Assembly: GCF_002571385.2 (NCBI RefSeq)
Contig: NW_019217799.1
Span: 825,675 to 889,674 of the forward strand
Direction of reading: 5' to 3'
From: Stylophora pistillata
Taxonomy: Eukaryota
Length of the DNA stretch: 64,000 nt
The position numbers and the translations under genes were made by a program. The notes below the pieces were generated by a model. That model worked only from the letters and a program-made list of their open reading frames with translations, had not been told where the DNA came from and made no database searches. Below are positions 37,444 to 52,000 of the stretch, one piece after another. Within the stretch, counting starts at the first letter, position 1. The number at the start of each line of letters is the position of its first letter.

Positions 37444-40101
37444 ATGGCGATCATAGTCAAAGGAAAAGTGATCGTATTTAGAATAACAATAATGCTCTAT
37501 AATGTCATCCTGATACATTGTGGCATTGTAGAAGTCAATCTCGGAGGCACCTGGATTGTTTCGAATGCAAATAACAGTATTTCTGTGCCCGGAATTGTTC
37601 CCGGAAATGTTCACACAGCTTTGTACAGGAATGGACAAATTTCGGATCCGTACTTCCGGTTTAATGATGTTAAGTATCGCTGGATAGCGTATGATAATTG
37701 GACGTACACAAGGTCGTTGGAAGGTTTGAATAAAGTTCTTTTCTTTCATTTTATTTGACTTACCGGTACTTGTCGTTGTGAATGTCGTTAACATTGCTAA
37801 ACACAGAGAACTTATCTGTCAAAATTTGAGCACCAGCAGACCTTTCGACTGGCTCTTGTATATACCCCGGGGAATGTTGCTTCAGCTTAGAGTAGTAAAC
37901 AGTCCGTAATAGTCGTATGCTTTCGACTTTGTAGCCATAATACACCGAATTAAACTCAATGCCAAAGATTTCAAAATTCAAGTTCTTGAGATGTTTGATT
38001 TTGAATCACCTTTCCCCCCCCTTCCCCCCCTCTTTCATCTAACTATGATCCTAGCCTCTTGTGGCACAAAGTCAGGGGTGTTTCCTAAATGGACCCCATC
38101 CATCCAAAATCTTAGATATTACAAAAACATTGCTGCGTTTGAATAATAATCCAGCAGCTATTCCTGAATGTTTTGTTTCTAGATTTCACTTTTTTTTTAA
38201 ATTTCACCAAATTTGTTTTTTAGAGATTTGTTTTAGAGCTAGATTTAGTAATCTTTTCAGAAGACTAGGGACCTTAGGAGGGTAGTGGCCTATCTGGTCA
38301 GGGCTTGCCCCATCAGAAGTGACCAAGTGTACATGCTAGTCCAATCCTGGTTCTACCAGTTTTTTTTTCAAGTTTGACAGTCCCCAAGTATCCATTTGTA
38401 CTCCAGGATGGACAGTCCCTTTGAAAGTTAAGTGTCTTGCCCATTAATACAAAGACATGACCCATCTAGGGGCTTGAACTAGGATAGGTGGTTTAGTAAA
38501 TGTGAAATTGCTTATATGTGTTCTTTTGTAAAAAGTAAAACCTTCAGTTGGTAAATCAGCTGGATTTTCTATCCTTTTTTCCTTTTTGTACTTAAAATTT
38601 ATAGTTTAAAGCAAGCATGTACACCAAGCTTTTTCAATTCAGATTAAAACTTTGTTAAATGTTTCTTGCTCCTCAGTCAAGATAGATTTTGAAAATTCTT
38701 AAAAGTGCATTTTCAAAATTGGCACATATTGGATTTGGGAGACCATGAAATGTGCTGTTGCAAAGAATTTATTGTATTAAAAATTCTTCGTACAAAATAG
38801 ATTGGCTGTTTACTTTAACGTATTCTTAACCTTTCATGCAATGTGTTCTTATCTTCCTATGATGATCTTTTTGCTCCCAGTTTCTGAAGATGTCACATCA
38901 AAAGGGAACATTCTGTTGGTTTTCGAGGGCCTGGACACAGTTGCTGCAGTTCTGGTTAATAATATTGAAGTTGGCCACTCAACAAACATGTTCCACAGAT
39001 ACATCTTCAATATTAAGGAGGCTCTAAAAACTGGTTTGAACAAGATTGAAGTGCGCTTCACTTCTGCAGTGCTCTATGCTAAAGGGCAAGCCAAAGTGTA
39101 TCCATATCGTGTACCCCCTGAATGTCCAGTCCCAGTTCAGCGTGGTGAGTGCCATGGAAACTTTATCAGAAAAGAACAGTGTTCATTTAGTTGGGTAAGC
39201 CATTGTTATAAGTCAAGTTATCAATAGATTTTATTTTCATCATAACATAGCCAATACATTTATGATATTAAGTAATTATGAAATACAAATAATCTATTTT
39301 AAGGACTCAGTCAGTGCAGTGATTCTCCAAAGTTTGGGTGTGCTTTATATCTCAATGAAAGTATGCTGGCTTATGAAGCAGCTTTTAATTATTATGGGAG
39401 TTCCAATCTAGTTACCATAATCTTAAAACCTCAAAAACTGAGTCACCTTTGAATTTGTGCACATTAATGACTCTGATAATGACAAAGATATCAGAAGTTT
39501 TGGATTGAACATTTGAATTGCAATTGGCTGTAAAGGGATGTATGTTAGACTTGACTTGGGTACCTGGTGAACTCCTACTGTCCTGCATGTGTTATTGAAA
39601 TCAACTATGATTTGCTCCTGTTCCTTTTTTAGGACTGGGGACCAGCCTTTGTTCCTCAAGGGATTTGGTGATTTTTTTTTTCTTCTATTTAAAATTAAGA
39701 TATGTGAATAACTTAGTTGGTAGTTCTTTTCTTTGCAAGGGGGTAAGGGAATACCATGCAGCAATGATGAGATTGATGATCCTTTTTTTAGAAGTTAAAA
39801 TTGCCAAATTACCAAGGAGTTACAGAGAGAAAAAAACTAAACAGTCAGATTCAATTCTCAATCTTACACCCCTTAACCTGTCAACTCCCAAGATCTAATT
39901 GTTAATTCTCCCCTCTTGTTGCTACACATTTCCTTGTAAATCAGTTATGAAAGTTTGGTATTAAATCAGGATAACAACTTTTTTTATCCAACTTTGCTTC
40001 GTAGAGTACAAATAACGCACGAGACAAGTACAAATATCACGTGATATTTGTACTCCAGAAATATCCGCGAAATTTGCCTGCACTGAAATAACAATTTGGC
40101 A

Positions 40102-40135
<34 letters not shown>

Positions 40136-40172
40136 TGGGTAGTATTGCTGAGTATCTTTACACGTTGTTTAT

Positions 40173-40205
<33 letters not shown>

Positions 40206-43200
40206 AGCACAACTTGTAAAAATACTCAGTGATACTACACAATAAAACGTCTAATAAGATATATCTACTTGATAAGTTTGAATATTCTCATTACTATTTT
40301 GCTGGATAATGTATGGATATTATAAGGAGAAGTTACATGTGTATCAATCGTAGGTGTTAAAGGGTTAGGAGCCTTTTAGGGATTGCTTTTCATTTTCAGA
40401 GTTTGTTTCCAGTACCCCCTCCCCTGATCAAGTGCCTGCTACATGTACTAAGCTATGAACAACCCAACCTCAACCAACAAAGTCATGATTTTCTGTTGTT
40501 TTATGTAACATTTAATTGAAAATCTCATAGGAATGAAATAAGTGTTCGTTGAATAATACCAGAGAAAGATCAAATAGTAGTTTAAGTTGTTAGCTATGTT
40601 ATCCATTCTCTTACAGCTAAAATTATACATAAGGAATAAAGTATTCTCTGTTTTCAGTGCTAGTAAGTTTACCAGCATTCATGTTCAGTGAAGCAAACAA
40701 TATAAAGCAATATTTTCAAGACTCCACATATGATTTCTTTTCAAAAATCTTTTTTTCAAAATTTGAGTTGCCAAACTCAGGGTACAGCTTATCTGTGAGT
40801 GGGGCTTGTCTCTTAGTGTTTACAGTAATAATAATAATAATAATCATTTGCGATCTGTAGTTGTCATGTGTTTCTATCTATGATACTGTGCCTGTACTGT
40901 AAAATGTAGGAAGAGCCACGCCCTTCTAACAACTTTTTTGGGTTACTGGTACTTATAATTAAAGTAATTTTTTTCACTCATCCTCATCTTATTTACTCTG
41001 CAGGAGAAATGTATCTCTGCAAGCTTACAACTCAGCTGTTATAAGGGACATCACAGTAACACCTAAAAAAGGTTATTCTGACAGAATTTAGATATATTTA
41101 TTTGATAAGTAATAATCCTTCAAACATTTGAATCTGAAGGAAGTGCCACACTTTGATTTAAAAAAAAAATATTTTTCTTGCTTTCATGATGCACTCCCTT
41201 TCAGGTTCAACTAATATCACGTGGGAGTTGTCCATGACACTTTTTATGGATTCTGCTGAGGATGGTGTGACAGGTACAATAATCTTCAGCCTTCCTCAGC
41301 TGTCACGCTCTCAGAAGCTGGTCATCAAACTGTCACATGGTATCCATAAAATTTCTTTCCCAGAGATGCTGTTTACAGAAAAAGATGACATTAAGCCTTG
41401 GTGGCCTCAAGGATATGGCAAACCAAATCTCTACACAGTTAAGGTACTTAACCTTCAAAAAAATAAAATAAGATGTGTATGCTTAATGCGCAGATTGTCG
41501 GCAAGTTGAAGCATGATAAGGGATGGGATTCATGGGCAGAGTGAGAGCTGAGGGGGTGAAGGAGGACAGATCAGAATCATTGATTTTGGCTAAATACACA
41601 TAGAATGGTTTCAGTAGCAGCAGCCGGCAGCAGGTAGATCTAAGGGAGAGTGTTTTCTCATGCCTAGTGACCCATTCAGCTAGAGCTTATCATGGTTTCC
41701 ATAGCATGAAGCTCCCTCCCCAGGAGGGTAAGCCACTCAATCATAAGGCTACCCCCCCAGCATGTCATTAGGCTTCCCTTGCTGATAACCACTCCCAGCT
41801 GGAGAGGTAGACCAAGTTTGAAAGTTAAGTTTTTTAGTCCAGCAACACAATGACCTGGCCAAGTCTCAAACTCGGACATCCACCACCCTAACCATAATAA
41901 GGCCACCCTGTCTTTCACACAGCAGGTAACTCTACCAGCCTGTAATTTGCTGGCTACCTACTTGTAGCTAGTTAACAAAATATCAAATTTACTCAAATTG
42001 GTTGGCTTTGAGGAACAACAAAGCAACTGTTGCACCCCCCCTCCCTTCCCTGCACTTGAGATCAGCTTCAGTACAAGGTGAGAAAACATGAGTGAAGTAT
42101 GTTATGGTCTCTTAACATTCATGCATTTTCTTGCTTGGAGGCATGGAAAAACTGTGCATTTCTCAGGTCAACCTGATCAAACTCGTGAAGATAATCAAGT
42201 CAACTGGGTCATTCAATGCGGGTGGTGTCACATGGACAACTGCTGCATAGAAGTTTTGGACCAATCCCAATATCTGAGCAATTGAGCACCCACCCACCCC
42301 CACCCCATGACCCAACAACAGTGAACAGATAACAAGGTGGGGTTAACTTTTTTTGTTAGGGGAGGGGTGGGTGTCTAGTCACTCAGATACTGAAATTGAT
42401 TACCAGGCAGCTTGAAGTCAGGAATGATCATTAACGTTGAACAGGTTGTGTTTTTGAGCTCCTCTGGTGATGAACAATCAAGTATTAGTCGTAACATTGG
42501 TTTCAGGAAAGTGAAACTTGTACAGGAACCAATTGCTTGTGCTCCAGGTTAGTAAATCAGAAATGAAAATGAAGAGGCAATTTTAATTATACATTTCTCT
42601 TCACATTACTTCAACGTACATTACATAATCTTTGTTATTTTAAGTCAACTACTACTATTCCTAAATTTTAATTGAGTCACATGAAAGCTTATTTCTTTTG
42701 CAACCGCATGGTTATGTATAATGTTTACCTTTAAAATCTCCCATGATTGCCATTCTTCTGTGCACTGCTGAGTATATCTTATGATTTCAACAATCCTCTG
42801 TACAATCACACTGAGTGTTATTTTCATTGGTGTGAAAAAGTGTGACTCCAAGAATCACACTTCAATCACACTTTTCTTTGCATAACTTAAATTTCATTGG
42901 ATTCACTAGTAGCTGTGTTCTGTCTGTTTCAGGACGGGGATTTCACTTTGAGATCAATGATTTACCAATATTTCTTAAAGGAGCAAACTGGATTCCTGCA
43001 GGTATGCAACTAAAAAATTTCAAAATTAATGTAAGAATAATGTATCAGTCGTCAGTAATCTTAAACAGCAGCACAATTTTACATAACACCCTCCCCCCTT
43101 AACTCTTGTGCCTTGGGTGTGATTCTTATGCCTGTGAAATGACACCTCCCATCTCGTGTCAATTTCGACCTGTCAACCAATGTCTCTCACTTAGCATAAA

Positions 43201-46200
43201 ATTATGAGCTATTGTAGTTTTACCCGCTGACAAATTTTTGATACCTGTAGAGTGTATATTGGCAGTTTCTGTGTTGCAAAAAATAAAAACTAACCACATT
43301 TTAGCATGTGTGGGACTGAGTAAGAAAAACTCTGGCATTCATTGACCTGCCATGCCATGCTGGGATGTGATACCATGTTCACAATATTAGCCACAACAGA
43401 GCAAATTAAAACAAACCTTTAATCCACTAATTAGTGACCTAGATTTGACTTAAGAAGTGCAAAATTGGACGTTGATTCCACTATTTTTTATATATTATCA
43501 TTGACAAATGAAAAGTAGACATTACTCTTTAACCATTAGAGTGAGCAGGATTTAATTCCTCATAACAATAAAACTGCTAAATTAAAAAGATCATGAAGTT
43601 AAACGAAATGATTGCCAACCTGAAAAACTCTGATTGTTAAACAAACTCCCTTTGTCAGTATCAAAGGAAATGTATAGAGTATGGAGAACATGGACGCTGA
43701 TGTTAGGCTGTTAAGGGTCGACGCGCAATCTTTTATGTAAAACAGAGACTGTTATGTGTCAATACAAAGGGGAATAACAGAATTAAGTAACTGAGGGAAA
43801 GGGTGTGGCATGCGATGGAATCCACTTTTCTGGCGATTCTGTAAACTTTCTCTACACTAAAAATTGTTTTCTTTGAAAATAGACGGTGTAAAGCCGACCT
43901 TATCTCATTTTCTTTCCAGATGCCTTTGAGGACCGTGTGACGAGCTCAGTTCTTTGGAATCTTCTCAAGTCTGCAGCTGATGCGAACATGAACGTCGTGA
44001 GGAACTGGGGAGGAGGAGTCTATCAAAAAGATGAATTTTACGACATAGCGGACGAATTAGGGTATTGAATTAGTAAATAAAAGTAAACGTGTAATCAACC
44101 AGATTGAGCGGTTTTTATTTGAGTGTCGTAAAACCAAAACCAAATTAGTCCTATCGGCGAGTCAGAGGAAGGGATGAGAAGGGAAGATAGCCTTAAAAAC
44201 AAATGAGAACTCAGAGACAAATCAACCAAACTGCCTAAAGCGCGGGAAAACACGGCCGACCAAGTCGTGATTAGTTTTGCTTCTGATTGGTTGAGAGAGT
44301 GGCGCGAGTTTTCTGGACAAAGCAAAGTAAAGCAAAACAAAAAGCGGCAGTCTAGATTTCTAGAGCGCTAATTGCTTAGAGGCTTGCAATGAGCAATATA
44401 TATTATAAATTGAGTATATCATCATCATTATTATTATTATTATTATATTAGAGACTGTCGTTATTCGTCATCTTCCTCTTTTCACACAGCACTTATCATT
44501 TACCCAGCAGACTTTGATTAAAAAACATAATATATTTTTTTCATTACTGTTTAGATTACTTATATGGGAAGAATTTATGTTTGCCTGTGCTATGTACCCG
44601 GTTGATAAAGATTTCTTGAAGTCAGTCAAAGAAGAAGTACAATATCAGGTAATTTCTCCAGCTTAGGCATAATGTAGTCTCCTCCAATCTCGCAGAATCC
44701 AAGCTGTAAGCCTTAGGCTGAAGATAACTTGCTAAGGGGTTTCCAGAAGCCCAGAGTTATATATGGAGAGAAGGGGGCATTCAAGGAAGGGAGAGAGAAT
44801 TTTTGTTCGGGAAGGGGATGTACCACCACCGATAAGGGGATTGTTTTAAAATGAACGGAAAAAAAAAACGCACCGGTTGCCAATGCAACAGGGTGAAAAA
44901 AACTTTTCTTTTTAATTGATTTTGTTTAAACCACGTTATGCCTTCTCGCTCAATCTCTAGAGTTTTATCCTGCGTCAAAAGCAAAAATTTTTTTTCTGAT
45001 AACATAGCCGAAAAATATTACGAACAAATGTAAACTCGACTGAACGGACGATTGTCGGATTATCAAATTTTGAAAAGTTCATAAAACATTAGTACGTTTA
45101 TGTTTTTTAAGGTGCGTCGGCTTCAGCACCATCCGTCCGTTATACTATGGAGTGGTAACAATGAAAATGAAGCAGCTCTGGCCGACAACTGGTAAGCTCT
45201 ATATTAGCTTTGATTGGGTCATGGATTTAATTAAGTCATTTTTATCGTGAAATGATTGATTTTGTTTGTTGTGTTTTGTGACGATCTTAGAAGTTTGTGT
45301 ATAAACATAGCATCAAAAATTGGACATGTCGGATACAGATCAAGATGTCAAGTGGTTTTGGTGTCAAGAGGTCACGGTTTTCTGCGCTACACCTCGGTCA
45401 TTTATCTTTCGTTTGCATTCTCATCGGTCGTTGTGTTGTGTAGGTTTACTCTAATTCGTCGTCGACTCTTGTTTTTCTTACAAGTCTTTCCGCGCCTTAC
45501 GCAGGTCACGTGTATTTGCTTTACATTATTTTCATTGGATATCGTGTTTTCAGTTCACTGTGATTGGTCAACGAGTTTTTAGCTTTGGTTTTCTTTGGTT
45601 TCTTCTTTGATAAAGGAATCGTTAACACATCATCGGAAAAATGCCGATTTCTTTAACGCCTGAATAACCTGAAACATTTGCGATTCTTTTTAATCTTTTT
45701 ACGGAGGATATGGATGATGTCTTTAAATGAAATTAAAAGACACTAAGACTATTTAATACCAACTTCAGATATCTTGGCAGTCAAAATTTTTTGTTGTCTT
45801 CACTTAAATAGGTACAACACCAGCTCCTCGTTCACGAGGTACTCCAATGATTATAGGAAGGTAAGTTTTTGGTGTCTGTGGGTTGGGTGCAAATGACCAC
45901 ACATAAGTGTTCTACAAAAAGTTATCTGGTATCTACGGTAAATTATGATGTGAAGTATGAGTGACGATCGTAGTGTAACTTTTGAGAGTACCTATCTTAT
46001 AAGCACTTAGAAGAACTTACTTTTACCAACCCCTCTAACGGGATGGGGGGAGGGGGGAGGGGGGAAGGGAGAGAGGTACTCAGTAGAGGGCTTAAAGGTA
46101 ACCTTGGGGTATTTGACTCAGGTAATGACTAATATTCTCCCCCTTTCTTATACATATTTCCGGCTCAGGCAGCTAATTTTCAACAAATGTTATTTAGGAC

Positions 46201-46975
46201 ATGCGAAAGTAGTTATTCAATCAAACTATTGAGTAAAAAAAAAAAACCGTTTTAAACACGAAAATATTATTGTTTAATGATTTGCTAAACATGGCTCGTG
46301 TGCATGTTGAATCGTATCTGAATAGTATGCACAACGATGGGAAAAGTCTAGGGAAGACCGTTCAAATTTTCTTTTGGTATTGATCTTTTTAACTAGCAAG
46401 AAAGGGCAATGACAACGAAACCGAACATGCGTGTTATCCAGATTTATCCAATTAGTCGCCGGTATGTTATGAAATAATTCGTTTTTGCCGTTAGCTGTGT
46501 ATCATCATGCGCATGGGAGGTGAAGGGAGCAATCAAGAACCCAAAGTTGCTGTTTTATTATTAGGCGTATTTTGCATGCCTTAAACTTCCCAAGGGCATA
46601 TATAGCCCTCTGTGTTGTGCTAAGCAAAAGACCATTGTCAACGTATAAATTCCGTGTCTATTTTTTGTTGTGCATACAAGAGATCAGGTGTCACTTATCG
46701 TCTCCTGTAGGGAGGGGAGGTGTGACTTGAGAAAGCCGTCAAGCTGACCAAAGATACTTTCTTAATAGTTGTATATAGATACTATTATGGAGACGCTGGA
46801 AAACGAAGACAAGAGCCGACCTTTTCTCTCATCGTCTCCTTCGAATGGAGTAGATACCGAGAAGGAGGGATGGGTGGCGAAGAATCCAGGGAGCCCCTAT
46901 TGGGGAGATGGTAAGTATTTTTTATTGAAACTCGTAAAACATGTTTTTGACAAATGCCAGGTTGTGTTTATGAAT

Positions 46976-47007
<32 letters not shown>

Positions 47008-47090
47008 TTGTGTCGGTGGGGGTAACAAGGTCATTTGGTTTTATCAACTGAGTTGATAACGTAAATTAGTCACCATAATGGGTTTAAAAT

Positions 47091-47123
<33 letters not shown>

Positions 47124-49031
47124 GAATGTTCTCTTTATGGGCGACACCTGATGTTTTGCGCTATTTGTGTCTTTTATTTATGAGTTTCTGGCTCGTAAGT
47201 ATTTCAATTAAATTTTTTCACAAATACCTTTTTAAAGTGCGCAGTTTATATTTGAAAGTGACATTTGTCAACTTAGAACAACTTTTTGAAATGTTAGGGG
47301 CTGGGCTTGAAAGCCAATCAAAAACTATTCTCCAGCCTTACGCGATTTTATTAAAAGCTGAATGACTTGTCATTTGGATCTCTGATTGTCTCGCAAGCTC
47401 ATGTTGTTGTGATGCAGTGGTTTTTCCTTTTTGGATTTTTTTCTTACTTACCAAACGAACAATCATTAGTTACGTAACCGTTTTGTTTCAGTGCACTTCT
47501 ACGACTACGAGATGGACTGTTGGAATGTCAGCGGCTACCCTAAGCCCCGTTTTGCATCTGAGTATGGTTTCCAGTCCTACCCGTCTTTTGAGACTCTAGC
47601 GCAGGTGTCAGTGGAAGAGGACTGGGCCTACAATAGTTCGTTCATGGATCATAGGCAACATCATGCAGACGGTTTGTATCTTTCCGTGAAGAGGCTTTCC
47701 TCTGACTCTTGTCGTTCGTCACAAAACACGAAGTTTTTGTGAAGTTTTATGAGAAGTTAAGTTAATGGACGTGTGTACGACATAAACGCGCTAGCATTAT
47801 CATAATCATTATCGTGATTGCTATTATGATTTAATTTTATGTTTTGTTTCAGGTAATGAGCAGATGTTGAGCCAAGCTAAGAAGCATTATAAACTTCCCA
47901 ACTCAACAGAGCCTTTGAAAAGATTTTTGGACACTCTTTTTATTATCCAGGTAAAATAATCCCATTTCTTGCCATTGGACATAGTCAGTTTACATAATTT
48001 TTATCGAAAGCTATCGTTGGCGCACGCGCCCCTGGGGTTTAGTCTTTGGGGTCAGGAGGGGGCATAATTGTGAAGTACTAACCCCGTTTTGTTGCGTGAA
48101 TCGACCGAGATTATGTCTATATCGTCTAAGTCCCCCCCCCCCCCCCCTCTACGCCAAGAAATGTCGTTTGGTTTTACTGACAGTTCGCTAGTCCTCACAA
48201 TCCTGGATGGAGAAGGACAGTAAGAATAAGGTCTTTTCTCCAGGAACTCAACGCCTTGACTCGGGCAGAGCTCGAACCCAAACCTCTTGCCTCAGCGTCC
48301 AGCACTATTACCGCTAATCCACCACGTGTCTCATACAACTGTCAATTAACTTTGCTCTACATCCCTCTATTCTTCAAGAATAGCATTATGTGACGGGCAC
48401 CGTGAAACGGGTGGAAATGAGAAAAAATGACGTGACACACTCACCCTCACCTAATCCCTCATAATAAATGACACACTGGTTACTTTTGCATTTTTTTTTT
48501 CAAGGTGGCTCAAGCTCAGTGCATGAAGACAGAGACTGAACATTACAGACGTTTACAGAGTGAATTAGTGAAGGTGGGTTTGAATCGCAGTTATGTTATT
48601 TGACGGAACTTTGTTTGGATAATTGGCCCTTTGATTTTCTCATCAGGGTGAAGGAAGAACAATGGGCACAATATATTGGCAGTAAGTGATTGCTTTATTA
48701 ATTTGATCGCCTTTTTGAATTAAAAGTTGATAGAAAAGAATGTAAGAGACATTAATTTTAAGTCAACTGTTTTTTGTAGAAGATCCACAACGTAAAAAAA
48801 TTTGACACGATGAGAATACTTATGTACAAAATGGCTTTTCCTAAGACACGTGGCCAAAGTTACAATAATAATAATAATGATAACACCTTTATTTAGACAC
48901 GATAATGTTTAAAGCTGAACAGCTTGTGGGGTCGTGTGTAAATGCAAATAAACTCTAAATTAGATAAATTCAAATGATGTTAGTTTTTGAGGAGAGGGGA
49001 AAACCGGAGTACCCGGAGAAAAACCTCTCGG

Positions 49032-49063
<32 letters not shown>

Positions 49064-52000
49064 TCATGACGCCGGGTTCGGGAATCGAACCCAGGACACA
49101 TTGGTGGAAGGCGAGCGCTCTCACCACTACGCCAACCCTGCCCCCCTAACTATTGAAATAATTTCACTAGAAGCAATGTTGCTAAAATCAAAGGAAATGC
49201 GCTTTTTTTTTAGCTTTAATTTTGGGTGATACCCAATGACGGCAAATAACATGAAGACTTCCTTTTGTTTCTCTCTCTCTCTCTTGTTTTTTTTCTCCTT
49301 TTTTCGGGGAACATTTTAAAACACTAACGCTGTATGAATAGGAACGTGATGAATCTGCATTGTTTCGCACTGCCTGTAAAAGATAAATTTTGCGGGTGGG
49401 TTGTTTTATGCTGTCATCCAAACCGCAAGGTTTCTTGCTTTGCAAGCGGCTAGGTGAATAGGATGAGTAATATCTTATTGTGGGGGGGGGGATAAGGCAG
49501 TTTGTCTTCCCTTTAGCCTACCTTTGTTTATTATTTCTTGTTGTAAGAAAACATCTGAAGTCGGCATGGTAAAGAGACTTCACCAACAACTAATTTTTTA
49601 CTTTCTATTGACGGTTTCAGGTTGAACAGTATTTGGCAGGCTCCCACTTGGTCATCTCTGGAATATGGAGGTCGTTGGAAGGTACAACAAACATCATGCA
49701 CTTTCATTTTCACCATTATCCATGACTGTCGTCGTGTGCGCACCGCTAGTCATTTTGATATCAACGGAAATTTTAAGATTGGAACCATACAGGCTTAAGT
49801 TATAACTGAGCAGCTGTGCGGTTTCCCCATAGGTTGTAAAAGGGTTAAAGCCTATGGGCCGGTTGTTTAAACAAGAATTAACCTTTGTCCATCCAAACCG
49901 CGCTCTATACAGTCTTGAATCAAGAAAATATATCAACTAAACGTCAACTTTCTGCGAAACTGTGAAAAGGGCTTATAGAAGGATCTAATTATTAATAAAA
50001 ACATATATGAGGAATTTTCGAAGTTTTTATCGCGGCTCAGATAAGACCTCGTTTCGATAAAATACCCAATATGTTTTTTGTTGTTGTTTATAGATGCTTC
50101 ATTACTTTGTGAAAGATTTCTTTGCGCCAGTTATGGCGTCGCCATACCAGGAGGGTGGCAAGTTCAGGCTCTATGTAGTATCCGACCTTATGAAGGTAAA
50201 AATGCGCAAATGTTTTGTCGTCACAGTATCTTAATATGTGTAAAGAACACCTGTGTAGTTTTGCACTCAGTCAATCCCAAGAGAAATCTGGGCCAATTGT
50301 GACGTTCTCTGATTGAAATACTGCAACCCAATTAATGGAATCGCAAATGAGCATCCAAAATCTTGTTTGCTGCCGTTTGAATGACCGTCCTAACTTTTAA
50401 ACAGTATTTGCTCGGTACCAAAAAAAGTCGATATTCATGCGTGTTGGGTTAAAGGTCATGTGATTTGGATCGGGTCGTTCAAGTTTTTCTATCCTCCACA
50501 GGGATCTGTTTGAAGTGTCTCTTTATTGCTGTTGAATTGTGAAGTTTTAGTCGATGCCTTCTGTGGTTTCAGCCAATCTCGCAAGGTGCTGTGTCTCTGA
50601 AGGCGTGGTCATGGTCTTCCTTCACACCACTGTACGTCAAAGAGGTCGCATTTAACATTGATCAACAAACTTCGGTAAGTTCGGTTGGCTGTTTCCATTC
50701 TTGTGGTGTTTGGTGAAAGAGAATAGTTGAACGTGGCAGTCAAACGTTTGCGCATGTGCGAACGCTGTAACAAGTAGGTGGCGTCAGTGGCGTGCTTTCA
50801 GGCTGTTAGAAGCAAGTTGTCTCACACAAGTTACAAACAATCACACAAACCAGAAAATCACGGTGTTTAAGAGCGTATGACTTTTTTGGTAAAGCTCAAA
50901 ACAGAATGGTAAATCATCAGGATACCCGTACTTGAATAAGCGTTGTGCTCAAGGAGTCGCGAGTTTCCTTTTCCCTGTTTTCCCTACTTGCAGATTTCAA
51001 TGAACGTTTCAATTTTCTTTCGCTTATTTTTCGACTCAGTGGTTGTTTCTTATGTTTCCCTTAGAATTTTTGCGCGGGAAATTGGCGCGCGGGCGCCTAA
51101 AGTTGATCCCTTCGCGCATGCCCTACGTTTGACCGCTGAACTGAACAGTTGTGGGTTAGCCTCAGGAGGCAGCCTGGTCTGACTTACATATCCGTGCTGG
51201 TTGTTCATAGAAATTGGTTTATGAAGATAAAGTGGATACTCTCTTACACTCCAGCAAATGTAAAAGTGCTCGACATTGCGTCTTTACTGTGAAACCTATG
51301 GACGCAAGCACAGGCGAAGATCTGGGACCGACAAACGTCTTTTATCCGACGAGTCTGTCGGAAGCACTGGGTATGAGCGATCCAAGATTGAAGGTAAACG
51401 ATGAATGTTTATAGATAATCAAGTTTTTACGAATTATAAATTATTAATAATTTATTTTTAAAAAATCAATGTGATAAACAGCGCAGCCCCCAAAAAGAGT
51501 ATCAAACTTTTATTCTTTTAATTTTTGTTGTTAATTTTTTGGCAGATCGTAAAAGTTGCGCGAACGCCCAAAAAAGGAGAGTATAGTGTGTATATTGAGG
51601 CCCAGTCTCCCGCTTGTTATGTGTGGCTTGTAGCCGAAGATGTCCGTGGACGCTTCTCAAATAACGGTTTTCTTCTGATCGAACCTTCCAAGACGGTATG
51701 AACTTGAATAAATCTTATTTTACTTGCTATTGAATTATCCAGCGCACTTACGCATCCAGTACGTTTTTATTCTTTATTCCTGGGAACGAGGTTTGCATTT
51801 ATCCATGCAAACCTTCCAAGACGGTATGAACTTGAATAAATCTTATTTTACTTGCTATTGAATCATCCAGCGCACTTACGCATCCAGAACGTTTTTATTC
51901 TTTATTCCTGGGAACGAGGTTGAATGATAGCGTAGAGAAAACGCGAAAAAAGTGTGAGGGGAAAAAAAAACGGTCAAACTAACAAACAAGACTATTTTGG

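Noticed and set aside
37249-37794. 181-aa minus-strand ORF overlapping MANBA exon 1 and the TERT start
   Set aside because: Mostly the antisense shadow of MANBA exon 1, with no recognisable domain. It would matter only as an overlapping uORF if TERT transcription starts inside MANBA intron 1, and there is no evidence for that.
49060-49145. tRNA gene
   Set aside because: A and B boxes are present, but they continue into a SINE body and simple-repeat tail with no proper acceptor stem.
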